NCBI GenBank assembly: GCA_965112735.1
Contig: OZ218962.1
Span: forward strand, 1,798,001 to 1,862,000
Direction: 5' to 3'
From: Phaeosaccion multiseriatum
Taxonomy: Eukaryota; Protista; Ochrophyta, other classes
Length of the DNA: 64,000 nt
How positions within the stretch are numbered: the first letter of the stretch is position 1; every line of letters begins with the position of its first letter. This document shows, piece after piece, positions 11,405-22,718 of this stretch. The translations under genes were made by a program, and so were the position numbers. The notes beneath the pieces are model-generated. The model was given only the letters and a program-made list of their open reading frames with translations, had not been told where the DNA came from and did no database searches.

Positions 11405-13934
11405 TCTTCTCTCTCACTTTGTCTGTCTCTCTCTCTCACATATACACACGCACAGACGATCCTGGTTACGCAGGGGGGCTGAGAGCGGTGATTTTTAGCA
11501 CATTTAAACTGAATGTGAGGTACCTCATCGAGAGATTTCCTGAGCTCTTCTCGTCAGACCCAGCCGTGAACGATGGAAAGGTGAAGGCCATCGTGTATCA
11601 CGGCGACGATAAGTGCAGGAGCTTCGGCAGGGTAAGCAGAGAGGAAGGAAAGGAAAGAGGTCCCCCCAACAAATAAGCATGGCCCACATTGCTGCCCCCC
11701 CCCCCCCCTCCTCTATACGGCATGTGCGCTGCTCCACAACCTAACGACCCCAATTACTTCATACCTGCTCGCCCCCTGCTCGCACCCCTTTAACAGCCCA
11801 GAGGGGAATACAAAGGAAGAAATTCTAGACCAGACAGCGATTCCTACGAGTCTGACTCCTCTGACGAGGAGGACGACGACGAGGACGAAGGGGAGGACGA
11901 AGGGGAGGCGAGGGATAACAGGCAGCAGGATGGCGAGGGGGCAGGAGGGGATCGGCATAGAGTGTCCCCCCGGGTTTCGCCCCCCCCCCGGCCTCCCCTA
12001 GTGCTGCCCGCCAATGTGTCGCTGGTGTTCGTTCCAACGTACCAGGGCACGTTTCACTGCAAGATGCACTTCCTGTTTAGCGCAGAGGGGGTTGATGTGG
12101 TCGTGTCCTCCGCCAATCTCACCCGTCAAACGCATGTGGACACCTCATGGACACAGTTCATCTCCAGACGCGAAGGTAGGTGTAGGGGTGTGTGTGTGTG
12201 TGTGTGTGTGTGTGGGGGGGGGGGGGGAGGTTTATGTGTGGGGGCTTGTGTGTGTTTGTATGGCTTTTGGTGCAGAGCATTCACTTTGTCAGTGTAAGTG
12301 CCTCCTCCTCCTCCTCCTCCTCCTCCTCCTCCTCCTCTTCCTCCTCCTCCTCCTCCTCCTCGCTTCTCCTCCTCCTCCTCCTCCGCCTCGTTGCACAAGC
12401 GAGTATGATTCGCATCGTAACAACCAAGCACGTCAAACTCTTTTGTGTTGTGTGCGTGTCCCTGTCCCCCCCTCCCTTCAGCACAATGTGGACAAGCATC
12501 CCGTGCACTGAAGAGGGGCGATGAAGACGTTGACGAAGCTGATGGAAGCTTCGATACGGTAGTGCCCATGTTCTTTGAGTCCATTGGACAGACAATGCTC
12601 TTCGCGGAAGAAATCAGCCACAATGGTGTGGAGGACTCGGCCGAGGCGAGGGCCGAGTACAAGGGTAACAGACCGCTCCAGTGGCTTGAGAACGTTGTTG
12701 GTGTCAGGGACCTTGCAGGCGCCTACACGGTAGGGGTTGATGGCAGTGGAGGGATGGCAGTCGAGGGTCGGAGTGGCGGAACGGCAGAAGGACGCAGGGC
12801 AAAGGGAATGGGCTCCACCCCTACTCCATTTGCTCAACACTCGCTCTGTGGAGTTCTCTCACACCACCCCTTTGTATCCTCTTCTTTCCTCTCCCCTCCC
12901 CTCCCCTCTCCCCTCCTCCTCCTTTGCTCTCCTCTTCCTCCCACCCTCCCCTCCCCTCTCCCCTCCTCCTCCTTTGCTCTCCTCTTCCTCCCACCCTCTC
13001 CTCTCCTCTCCTCTCCTCTCCTCTCCTCTCTCCTCCCCTCTCCTCTCCTCTCCTCTCCTCTCCTCTCCTCTCCCTCTCCTCTCCTCTTCTCTCATCCCCT
13101 CCCCTCTCCTCCCCTCCCCTCTCCTCCCCCCACCTCCTCTCTCTTCTCTTCTCCCCTCCTCTCCTTTCCTCTCTCCCCCCTCCCATCCAGTGGGAAGACG
13201 CATGCGTTAGTCTCGTCTGCACGGTGCCGACACACGCAGCCACGAGCTACAGCGCACCTCAAACCACTTCAGAAGCGATGAAGGTGGTCTTGAAGGAACA
13301 GGCTCCTCTCCTCCCCAGGCCTGCCGCACAAGGTGAGTGACGCCGGTAGGGGGAGGGGTAGGGGTGGAGGAGGAGGGGCAGAGGGAAGAGGAGACAGAGC
13401 GGCGAGGCCACACCTTATTGTTGTTGCTGTAATGAAAGTGAAGACGAAAGTGAACTATCCCTGTCACCTCATACCCTCTCTCTCTGTATGTGTGTGTGTG
13501 TGTGTGTGTGCCCATTTGACGTTTGTATGTGTGCGCACGTTTTTGCGTGTGTGTGGCAGTCCCTCCCGACGGCCTTCTCTTCATTTCACAGACCAGCATT
13601 GGCGGAAACCTCAACGGAGCGTTCCCCTACAACTTGGCGCGTTGTCTTTTAAGCTTCCCACACACACACCCACACCCTCTTGAGAGCGTCCGTCTTTTGT
13701 GGTTGTCTGATCAGGGCTTCAAGGAGAGAAAGAGGAGGATGCGCACCGAGGATGTCACGGGATTGCATCGACATGTGGTCGGTAGTAGTGCTCGCGTGGA
13801 TCGCAAGCGCCTGCAGAGGGCAGGATCAAGCTGCACATTCTTCTCCACGGAGCATTGGAGAGGACCCAAGGGGCTGGCGGAGGAGCTCAAACACAAGATG
13901 TTTGTGCAAGAGCCCAGGTACGTGAGGGAGAGGG

Positions 13935-13966
<32 letters not shown>

Positions 13967-14003
13967 AGAGAGAGAGAGAGAGGGGGGGAGAGAGAGAGAA
14001 CGT

Positions 14004-14039
<36 letters not shown>

Positions 14040-15478
14040 GGGGGGGGGGGGGAGCGATGGGTGCAGCGGTGCGGGGGGTGCGGGGCGTGGGGGTTGGCCC
14101 TCCTCGTCGGATAGCTGTACCGTACATGAGGAGGAGGACTGGCGCGAGTGAGTGAGCGAGTGAGCAAGGAGATAGATGCTTTTTCTCTGTTGTGCTGTTG
14201 GAAAGTGCACACGTATGTCACTATGAGTCAGTCTCACTCGATCGTTTCCTCTTTCGTACAGCCACCTGCTCAAGGAGAGTCCTGACTGGTGCAACCTTCA
14301 GTCGCACCACAAAAGCTACACCCGGCTGCAGGGGGGAAGCGACAGGAGGGTTGCGTACTGTCTCATGACGAGCGCCTGTCTCTCGAAGGTGGGTGTGTAG
14401 TCGTGGGAGGGGGAAGAGGGAGAGGGGGGGGGAAGGTTAGAGGGGGAGGGAGAGGGAGGAGAAGGAGAGGGAGAAGGAGAGGGAGAGGGAAGAGAGGAGA
14501 GGGAGGAGAGGAGAGGGAGGAGAGGAGAGGGAGAGGGAGGAGAGGGAGAGGAGATTGAAGAGGAGAGGGAGAGGAGATTGAAGAGGAGAGGGAGGAGAGG
14601 AGAGGGCATCTTTCGCTGTGCTCAAGCGATGCAACAGCGTGGTAGGGAGAGGAAGGAAGTGCGGTATTCACCCCCGTGGAGAAGCGAGGGCAGCGCCTTC
14701 CTGCTTCTCTTCACTAACCCCCGCTTCGCCAACGTATGCCCACACACACGCACGCACACACCCCCCCCCCCCCTACTCACGCAACTAATGATGTTCACTG
14801 CGGCGCACACACGGGATGTGCACATGCCTTTCTCTCTCTCTTACCTTGCCCTGTCTTGGCTTGTATTGGGCAGGGAGCCCAAGGCGATGTTGCCTCGAAG
14901 AAGAGGACAAAGCAAGCTCGTAACTTTGAGGCGGGTGTGCTCCTCCACTCACGGGTAAGTCACTGAGCCGGGCAGCAAGGAGGGAGGGAGGAAGGAAGGC
15001 AGGACGGAAGGAAGGGAGGGAGGGATGGAGGGAGGAAGGACGGAAGGAAGGAAAGGAGGGGAGGAAAAGGAGAAAGGAAGAAAAGAATGGAAGGGAGGAA
15101 GGAATGAAGAAGGAAGGAGGGAAGAACAGTCAGTCAGTCTATCAGTCACTGAATCAGTCAGTCAGTCAGTCAGTCAGTCAATCAATCACAAACTTAGACT
15201 CCATCCCTCGCTGGTGACTTTGCACTTCTTCGCTCCTCACGCCACCCCTTCTTATCGTCCGCACCATGCTCCGCATCCTCTTCCCTCTCTCCCCCCCCTC
15301 CCTCTCAAGGCTGGTGAGCGGCAGTATATAGCCGCGCGGACACCGAAGCAGCTACTCGAGTACCAGTCGGGAACTAGGAGGTATACCACTGACGGCGCGG
15401 TGCTCATTCCGCTGCCTTTGCCCTTCAGCATGGTGGATCTCGAGCCCTTCCACACCGAGGCAGGCGTGCTGAGGTGAT

Positions 15479-15535
<57 letters not shown>

Positions 15536-15628
15536 GGCGGCCCGCACCTCACAGGCTGTCTCATTGGACCTGGCATGGCATTCCCGCGTCTCAAGGTCCG
15601 CTCCTCCTCCTCTCTCTGTCTCTCTCGC

Positions 15629-15673
<45 letters not shown>

Positions 15674-15959
15674 GTCTCTCTCTCTCCTTCTCTCTCTCTC
15701 CGTCTCTCTCTCTGTCTCTCTCTCTCGCCCTCTCTGTCTCGCCCTCTCTCTCTCTCCTTCTCTCTCTCTCCGTCTCTCTCTCTGTCTCTCTCTCGCCCCC
15801 TCTCTCTCTGTCTGTCTCTGTCTCTGTCTCTGTCTCTGTCTCTGTCTCTGTCTCTCTCTCTCCTTCTCTCTCTGTCTCTCTCTCTGTCTCTCTCTCTCCC
15901 TCTCTCTGTCTCTCTCTGTCTCTCTCGCACCCTCTCTCTCTCTCTGTCTCTCTCGCACC

Positions 15960-15991
<32 letters not shown>

Positions 15992-16789
15992 GTCTCTCTC
16001 TCTCCTTCTCTCTCTGTCTCTCTCTCTCCTTCTCTCTCTGTCTCTCTCTCTGTCTCTCTCTCTGTCTCTCTCTCTCTCGCCCTCTCTCTCTCGCCCTCTC
16101 TCTCTGTCTCTCTCTCGCCCCCTCTCTCTCTGTCTCTCTCTCGCCCCCAACACGACAGGACTCTCCCTTTCTTTCACGACATGAGTAGAGCGACGCTGAT
16201 CGACGATATGGAGCTGTATCAACAGGCTCGGAGGGAGAATCCAGAGGCAGCACAGCACGAGTTGGAGAGGATCATGATGAAGAAGTTACGCAACATGAAG
16301 GGGTACGGCTCCAATAGAACAGCGAGGCGGAAGAGGAGCAGAAGAGAGATGGAGGAAGTGAAGGAGAACGATCGCGGAGGGGAGGAGGAGATGGAGCAGC
16401 AGGGGCGGCAGGAGCAGGCAGTGGAGGGGATCAGAGGGAAGGAGAAGGACAAGGAGGAGGAGGGGGAGGAGACAGAGGAGGCAGAGGAGAGGCTCAGTGG
16501 GAAGGAGGGGGAGGACGGGGAGGAGGCAGAGGAGGGGATCAGAAGGAAGGAGAGGGGGGATGGGGAAGAGGTAGTGGAGGGGAGTACATGTAAAGAGAAA
16601 AACGAGAGGGCGGAAGGGGGGGAGGGGGAGGAAGCGACCCAGAAGGACATGTGGATGAGAGGTGGCGTGTTAACAAGTCCGACAACTCCCAGCAGCACTC
16701 AGGATGCGTTTGATTGGCCACTCCGCAGCAGCAGTAGCTGTAGCAGCAGCAGTAGCACCAGGAGTAGCAGCAGCAGTCGTTGGCAGTAG
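11115..16789 (+). CDS. TDP1: Tyrosyl-DNA phosphodiesterase 1-like (PLD superfamily), spliced
   Basis: FYLNTL; first HKN motif GTFHCKM...VSSANLT (~12050-12123); LVCTVP; QTSIGG; second motif SHHKSY...LMTSACLSK|GAQG (exon 14262-14388); RNFEAGVL; LPLPF. Start codon uncertain. Confidence 0.8.
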
Positions 16790-16881
16790 TAATGTAAGGG
16801 GGGGGGAAAAAAAATCCATCATAGTGTAGTTCCATCTGTGAACGCGGCGTACCAACTTCCCCAGAACACGTTAACTGCGCA

Positions 16882-19800
16882 CCCGGCAGGACCTCCATGA
16901 TCACGGGCATGCCCAGTGCGAGCAATCCCTGAAGCAAGGCCAACCGGATGCTGATGAGAGGACTGTGCCCGCTCCTGAGAGACTTAGTGACGACCAGCAG
17001 CGTCAAGACGGAAGGGGTAGCAGCTCACGGCACTGGGGTGGACCTCAACTGCGAGACTTTGACCTCAAGGAAGACGAGCACCCAATCAGCGTGGTACTCG
17101 ATGCGATCAGTGACGCTGATGTGAGGAGACTCATGGTGAGAACGGTGGATGTGGTACCCCACCGGATGAAGCAGCATTGGGCCAGGGCGTATAGCAGCAC
17201 GCTTCAGGATCTCCTACGCTTCTCGCAACCAGTCGAAGATGATGCAGTGGCTGAGCACACGCGGCAGAGACACATGAGGAGGGCGGTGCTCCTACACCAC
17301 CTCCTGCCGGGACTCCTGTTGACGAGGGATGTGGGTGACTTTTCTCGTGCTGACCGCTGCAAGCTCTTCAACCGAGGTGAAATCGGCCCTCTCATCAACA
17401 CTCTCTTTGAGGCCTCTGGCAGACACCTTGACTTGGAAGGCATACGGAGGGGCCTCCCCACGCAGCCCATTGAAGTCAACCCCAGCGACCAGCAAGAGAG
17501 CACGACAGGGGGGCGGAGTGAGGGAAGTGGAGACTCAGCGCAGGAGGGGGAGGGAGACACAGAGGAGCATGTGGAGAAGGAGCCACTACCCAAACTGGAG
17601 CCTCCGGTGGACCCCAATATGGCGGCACAGCTCCCGATGATGATTGAAGACTCCGACACACCAGCAGAAGTAGAGCAAGAAGAGGATGTGGAGGAAGATG
17701 AGTATGACCAGGACAGGGGAGACAGTGACTGCGACACAGCACTCCCCGGCTCCCCCCGCGACTCGACCGGCACTGGTATCCTCCGCCACCTCTTTGACCA
17801 CGAGGGGCAGCTGAAGGAGGACTACATGAGGAATGTCGACAGGGCCCAGAAGCAGCTACCCCAGACCCGTGGATGCAGGAAGGCCACCCGCACCCTCCTA
17901 GATGCAGCACGACCAGCAGATGACCTTCTAGCGGTGAGCCAGATGCTCTTCAAATTCCCCATTGGAGACCAGGAGGCGGTGGAGAGAGAATGTGAGGAAG
18001 GGGGGGGAATTGATGAGGACCTCCTGGCACGCATGGACGAGGAGGCAGTGGAAGAGGGACGCCACGAAGCAGCGACCATCAAAAAATACTACGACCGACT
18101 CCCCGACATGAAAGGGAGGGCCCCAGGCCCCAATGGACTCCGCCATCACCATGTCTACACGGCCATTGTGGATGGGACGATGGGCGGGGAGGTTATCAGA
18201 GGGCTCAGTGACTTATGGGAGCGAGTTACAAAACAACAAGGAGAGGAGGCTGGGCTCGGCCTCCCAGCCATCTTCTGGGAGCTCCACAGAGCCTCACACT
18301 TACCCTACTGCCAGAGCGTAACAAGGCCACGGGAGAGAAGAAGCACAGGCCAATAGCATGCGGCCATGTGGAGCGACGGCTCTTTGGGTCACTGGAAGTG
18401 CAGACACACGTGATGGCCCTGGCGGAGCTACTGGGGACAGAGAGTCAGCTAGGCTTAGCGATACCGGGGGGGGTGGAGAAGATGGCGGCACTCGCATGGC
18501 AATGCTACGAGGGGGGGGGGGATCAGCTCCTCTACGACGCGCGCAATGCCTTCAATGAGGGATCGAGGCTGCAGATGGTACGGGAGATCTGTCAGATGGT
18601 GCCCACCATGGCAGCCTATGTTAAGGGCCTCTATGGAGGGGCAGGGCCACTGCTCCTGTACCCCTACAAGGAACAGGGGGCCAACATGGTGGCCAGCTTC
18701 CGCTCCACCCAAGGCTCGCTGCAGGGCTGCCCCATTGGCGCTCTCATGTACGCCGTCCTCCTCCTACCCATCCTGCGCGACCACAATAGGCTCATGCAGG
18801 GCACTGGAGTGCGAGCCACCGCCTACCTGGATGATATGCGAGTGAGTGGCGCATGCGGTGAGCCGCTCTATCACCGCGCGAACCTGGAGAGCCAGGAGTT
18901 CATGGCCCGTAGGCTTGCAGAGGTCAGCCTCTCCCTCAATCTCACCAAGTGCGTCGTGCTACTGGGGAAGGGGCGGGTGCTGTCACCACAAGAGAGGGCA
19001 TGGCTTGAGAAGACGGAGGGGGCGCAGGGGGGCACCAGGTACATCACCCGACTAGCCACTGAAGGGTCTGTAGTGGTGGGAGCGCCAGTTGGCACGCGTG
19101 CCTTTGTGGAACGCTATGTCGAGGAGCAGCTAGGCATGACCAGCGTGATGCCCCAGCTCAGCGAGCTCGCTGGGCACATGGACGACTCCTCCAGCTCGAT
19201 GTACCTGGCAGTCAGGTCGATGACCCCCAAGGCCAACTTCCTCATGAGGGTAACCCCGCCGGACTTCATCCGACCCACCCTCACCCTCTTCGATACTCTT
19301 GTGGGCTACACAGCAACCAATTCCCTGGATCCAGGGCGCACCTCGGTTACGGCTATCCTCAAGGCGCACAAGGCAGCGCAAGAGGAGAGGGCACTACAGA
19401 GGAGCAGTGACACCTTCCGGATGCTCCCGCTCATGGGTGATGAGCTGCGAGCGCGACAGGCGAGACTGAAGGTGGGCGATGGGGGCTTGGGACTTGTCCC
19501 CCAAGCTGAGCTCTGTGACGCAGCCTTCCTGGCAGGGGCGATGCAAGCCCTCCCCTTCGCCCTCAGGGAGGTGGGACCGCGGAGCAGACAGGCCCTGTCC
19601 CAGTGTGGGCAGGGACCCAACGGATACCATACCCGTGTCATCCACACTGCAGCACGTGTCTTTGACCGACTCCCCAGCGCGCCCAAGACAGACGCAGCCC
19701 AAGGTGCTCTCAGTCAACAGGAGCGCTTCCTCAAGTCCCTCCCGCGAGGATGGGCTGTGTTGCTCGCCCACGGCCACATCAGCAGACCGGAGGCCCTTCT

Positions 19801-21520
19801 CCTCCCCAAGGGGGGAGGCTTGCTGCCAGGGGCGCTCGGGCCCACATACTGTGACCTCCCCCCATGGGCAATCACAGCATCCCTGTACAGCGCGGCGCCA
19901 ATCATCTCCCACCTCAGTGACAACAGATGGAGAGAGCCATGGCTGATCACCACGCTCTTCCCGGAGAGAGACGACACCCCAGAGCATGAAGGGCACACAC
20001 CTGTCGGTGGCAGAGGGGACCAACCGGCTGCGAGTGATGCCCCCGGGGGGGATGAGACACAATCTGGGGGTGAAGGAGCAGACTTACACGAAGATGATAA
20101 TGTTGGGGCCGCAGGGATACACCCTGGGGTGGGTGCGGAAGGGTGCGACGCGGCTGCAGGGCAGCAGGGGACCGCAGATGGACCAACCTCTGATAGCGCG
20201 GCAGACCCAGGGGGGGAGAGCCAGGACGACCCACAGGGTGAACGTGACGAAGACCCAGATGGTGGCAGTGACGCAGCCCCGGAGGATGAGCATGACGTGG
20301 AACCAGGCGGTGGTGATGACGATGATGAGGACGGCCGGCCACGCTGGCGGTCAGAGGAGACCAAGATGTTGGACGAGGGAGGACCCTCCATTCCACACAG
20401 CCGACACGGAGAGCGGCGAGGCGCCCAGAAGCGTTACACCAAGCTCCTCACGTCGAAGGCGAGGGCGGACTTCTTGGAACGACTAAAAGCCATCCCACAG
20501 CAGGTCCAACGGGAGAAGTACCTGGCCAGAGCCCTCAGCCACAGCGTGAAGGGTGCTGGTGCGTGGCTCCACCTTCAGCCGACCAAGACGGCAGGGGGAG
20601 CACTCCACCTGACCGACGCCGAGCACAAGAGTGCCATTCGGCGAAGACTTGGCTTTGACCCCACCTACAGCAAGGACTGTCATAAGTGCTCTGGCAAGGC
20701 GCTGACGGAGGGGCACATCGTCACCTGCACCAAGACGGGGCTCAGCACACCCCAACACGACGCTGTGCAGAAGGCACTTGTCACCCTGCTGAAGAGCCAG
20801 GGCCTGGGCAGAGGGATCGTCCAGAACACCGGCTTCCCCTTCTTCATGAGGGCAAGAACGGTCACCCCGCGACGAGGGAGAGGGGGGAGCAACGCCGTGA
20901 GGAGTGACGCCCACGTGGCCAAGCAGATGGAGATGGACATCGTGACTCCCCCCAGGATGTTTGAGCTTCCGTCCGATCATGAATATGGCGACGGCCACAA
21001 GTCCCTCATGATCGACGTCACGCTCACAGATGCCGCCAACACCACCAACCGGGCCAAGGCATCGAAGGAGGCACTCGCGGCAGCCAAGAAGGCTGAAGCG
21101 ACCAAGCGGACCAGGTATGGGGTGCCACAGGTAGGCATGGAAGGCCAGGGTGGGGACATCCACTATGACCCCACGCGGTACCACCTTGTCCCTTTTGCAA
21201 TAGAACAGCAAGGTGCATTTGGCCCGTCAGCACAGATGTTTATCAAAACACTCGCCACCCACATGGCTGGGGGGCACGAACATCTTGACACGAGGGCTTA
21301 TGCGAGGGCTGTTTGCGTCATTCGGCGACGATTAGCCGTAGCGCTCCAGCGGGCCCGACACGAACGATCGGTTCGCCACAGGATCCTGGCTGGTATCAAC
21401 TTTGTTCCAATGGGAAGAACTGATGAGTCAGAGGGACACGACCTCGAGGGCTAAGTTCGCCGGGGCGGTGAGACATTACTTTTAGACAACCATAGATGGC
21501 ACTTAAGGGTGTAATATAAA
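16882..21520 (+). mobile_element. CRE-like non-LTR retrotransposon (family A), 5'-truncated, with 11-bp TSD TTAACTGCGCA
   Basis: TSD copies at 16871-16881 and 21521-21531. Intron-free RT/REL coding region, reading frame already open at the left boundary, short AT-rich 3' end. Confidence 0.9.
16884..21454 (+). pseudogene. RT + CCHC zinc knuckle + restriction-like endonuclease polyprotein, one frameshift near 18295
   Basis: RAPGPNG, HRPIACG, YDARNAFN, QGSLQGCPIG, AYLDD, GAPVGT, GGLGL, GAWL, CHKC..H...C, MDIV...IDVT...K...FAIE. ORFs 16965-18356 and 18215-21454 join at WELHRAS/LTLLP. Confidence 0.9.
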
Positions 21521-21665
21521 TTAACTGCGCAATCGAGGTTGGATAGAGTGGGAGATGAACGACAGTGGAGGAGGATAGGGAGGAGACGAGCTGTATGCGC
21601 TCCGACAAGGGGATCCCCTCTGATCCTCGGTAGGGGACAGATTCAACCCCGCGGGACGAAAAGCA

Positions 21666-22576
21666 ATGGCAATCAAAGAAGAGGACGAGTCACCCTCATC
21701 GGCAGCAGGAGGCGAGCTGCACCGCTTGTTCTACAGACTCACAGGTCCGTCTGCCCTCAAGCGGTGGGGGCCTTTGCTCAAGGATGATGGCAAGTGGGGC
21801 AAGCGAGGCATTCGGTGGGAGGAAGTGGCCCACTCTCACAACCCGTCTCGCCCATCTGGTGGGCCTGGCATGGACTCGGAGTCGGCACGCCTGGCCTTTG
21901 TGTATGAAACCACGGTGACTGGGACGTGGGCAGAGGCGCACCGCCGCGCTGAGGTGTACAACAAGCTCCGGGGCATGGACATTTTGGAGGACAAGGGAAA
22001 CCTGGCCCTGCTGCAGGGCAAAATGAGTGTCCCGACATTAGAGTCCTTCGTCGTGGACGGCAGGGAAGAGGTAAGGCCTTTTCATTCGCGTACGCGGGCC
22101 CTAGAGCCTCTTTTTCTTGGGTTTTTCCAATTCTGGAAGGGGCTGGAGAAGGGGAGAAGGCAGAGACCCGGGAGTAGGGAGACCGGGGAAGGAAGTGGAG
22201 ATGAGAAGATGGTCACCGCTCTAAGTGGAGGGGCTCTCTCGATTCGACATGGTGCTACGGATGCTGTGTTTGCCTCACCTACCTACTGATCAACGCCCTC
22301 ACTGTCGACGACCTGCTCGCACCTTGTATAATCAACACCCGTCTCGTCTCTTCTCTTCTCGTGTTGTGCCGCTGCGAAGGTGGAGCAGTGGGCCGTCGAC
22401 CGCTGGGAGAGTGGAAGGGACCGGCATGCGGACGACGACTGGTGGTGTCTCAAGGCCTCCAGAGGCAACGGAGGCTTGGAGGTGTGGGTGTTCAGAGAGG
22501 GCCGCTGGAGGGACCTCCTTCCCCAGTTGGGCGCAGGAGGGTCATCGTTATCAGCATCATCCTCCTCATTATCATC

Positions 22577-22608
<32 letters not shown>

Positions 22609-22673
22609 CATCACCATCATCATCATTATCAGCATCATCGTTATCATCATCGTCATCATCATTATCATCATCG

Positions 22674-22718
<45 letters not shown>

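Noticed and set aside
5006-16789. STN1-like and TDP1-like genes as a DNA-maintenance cluster
   Set aside because: Proximity alone is not evidence in a eukaryote, and unrelated sequence lies between them.
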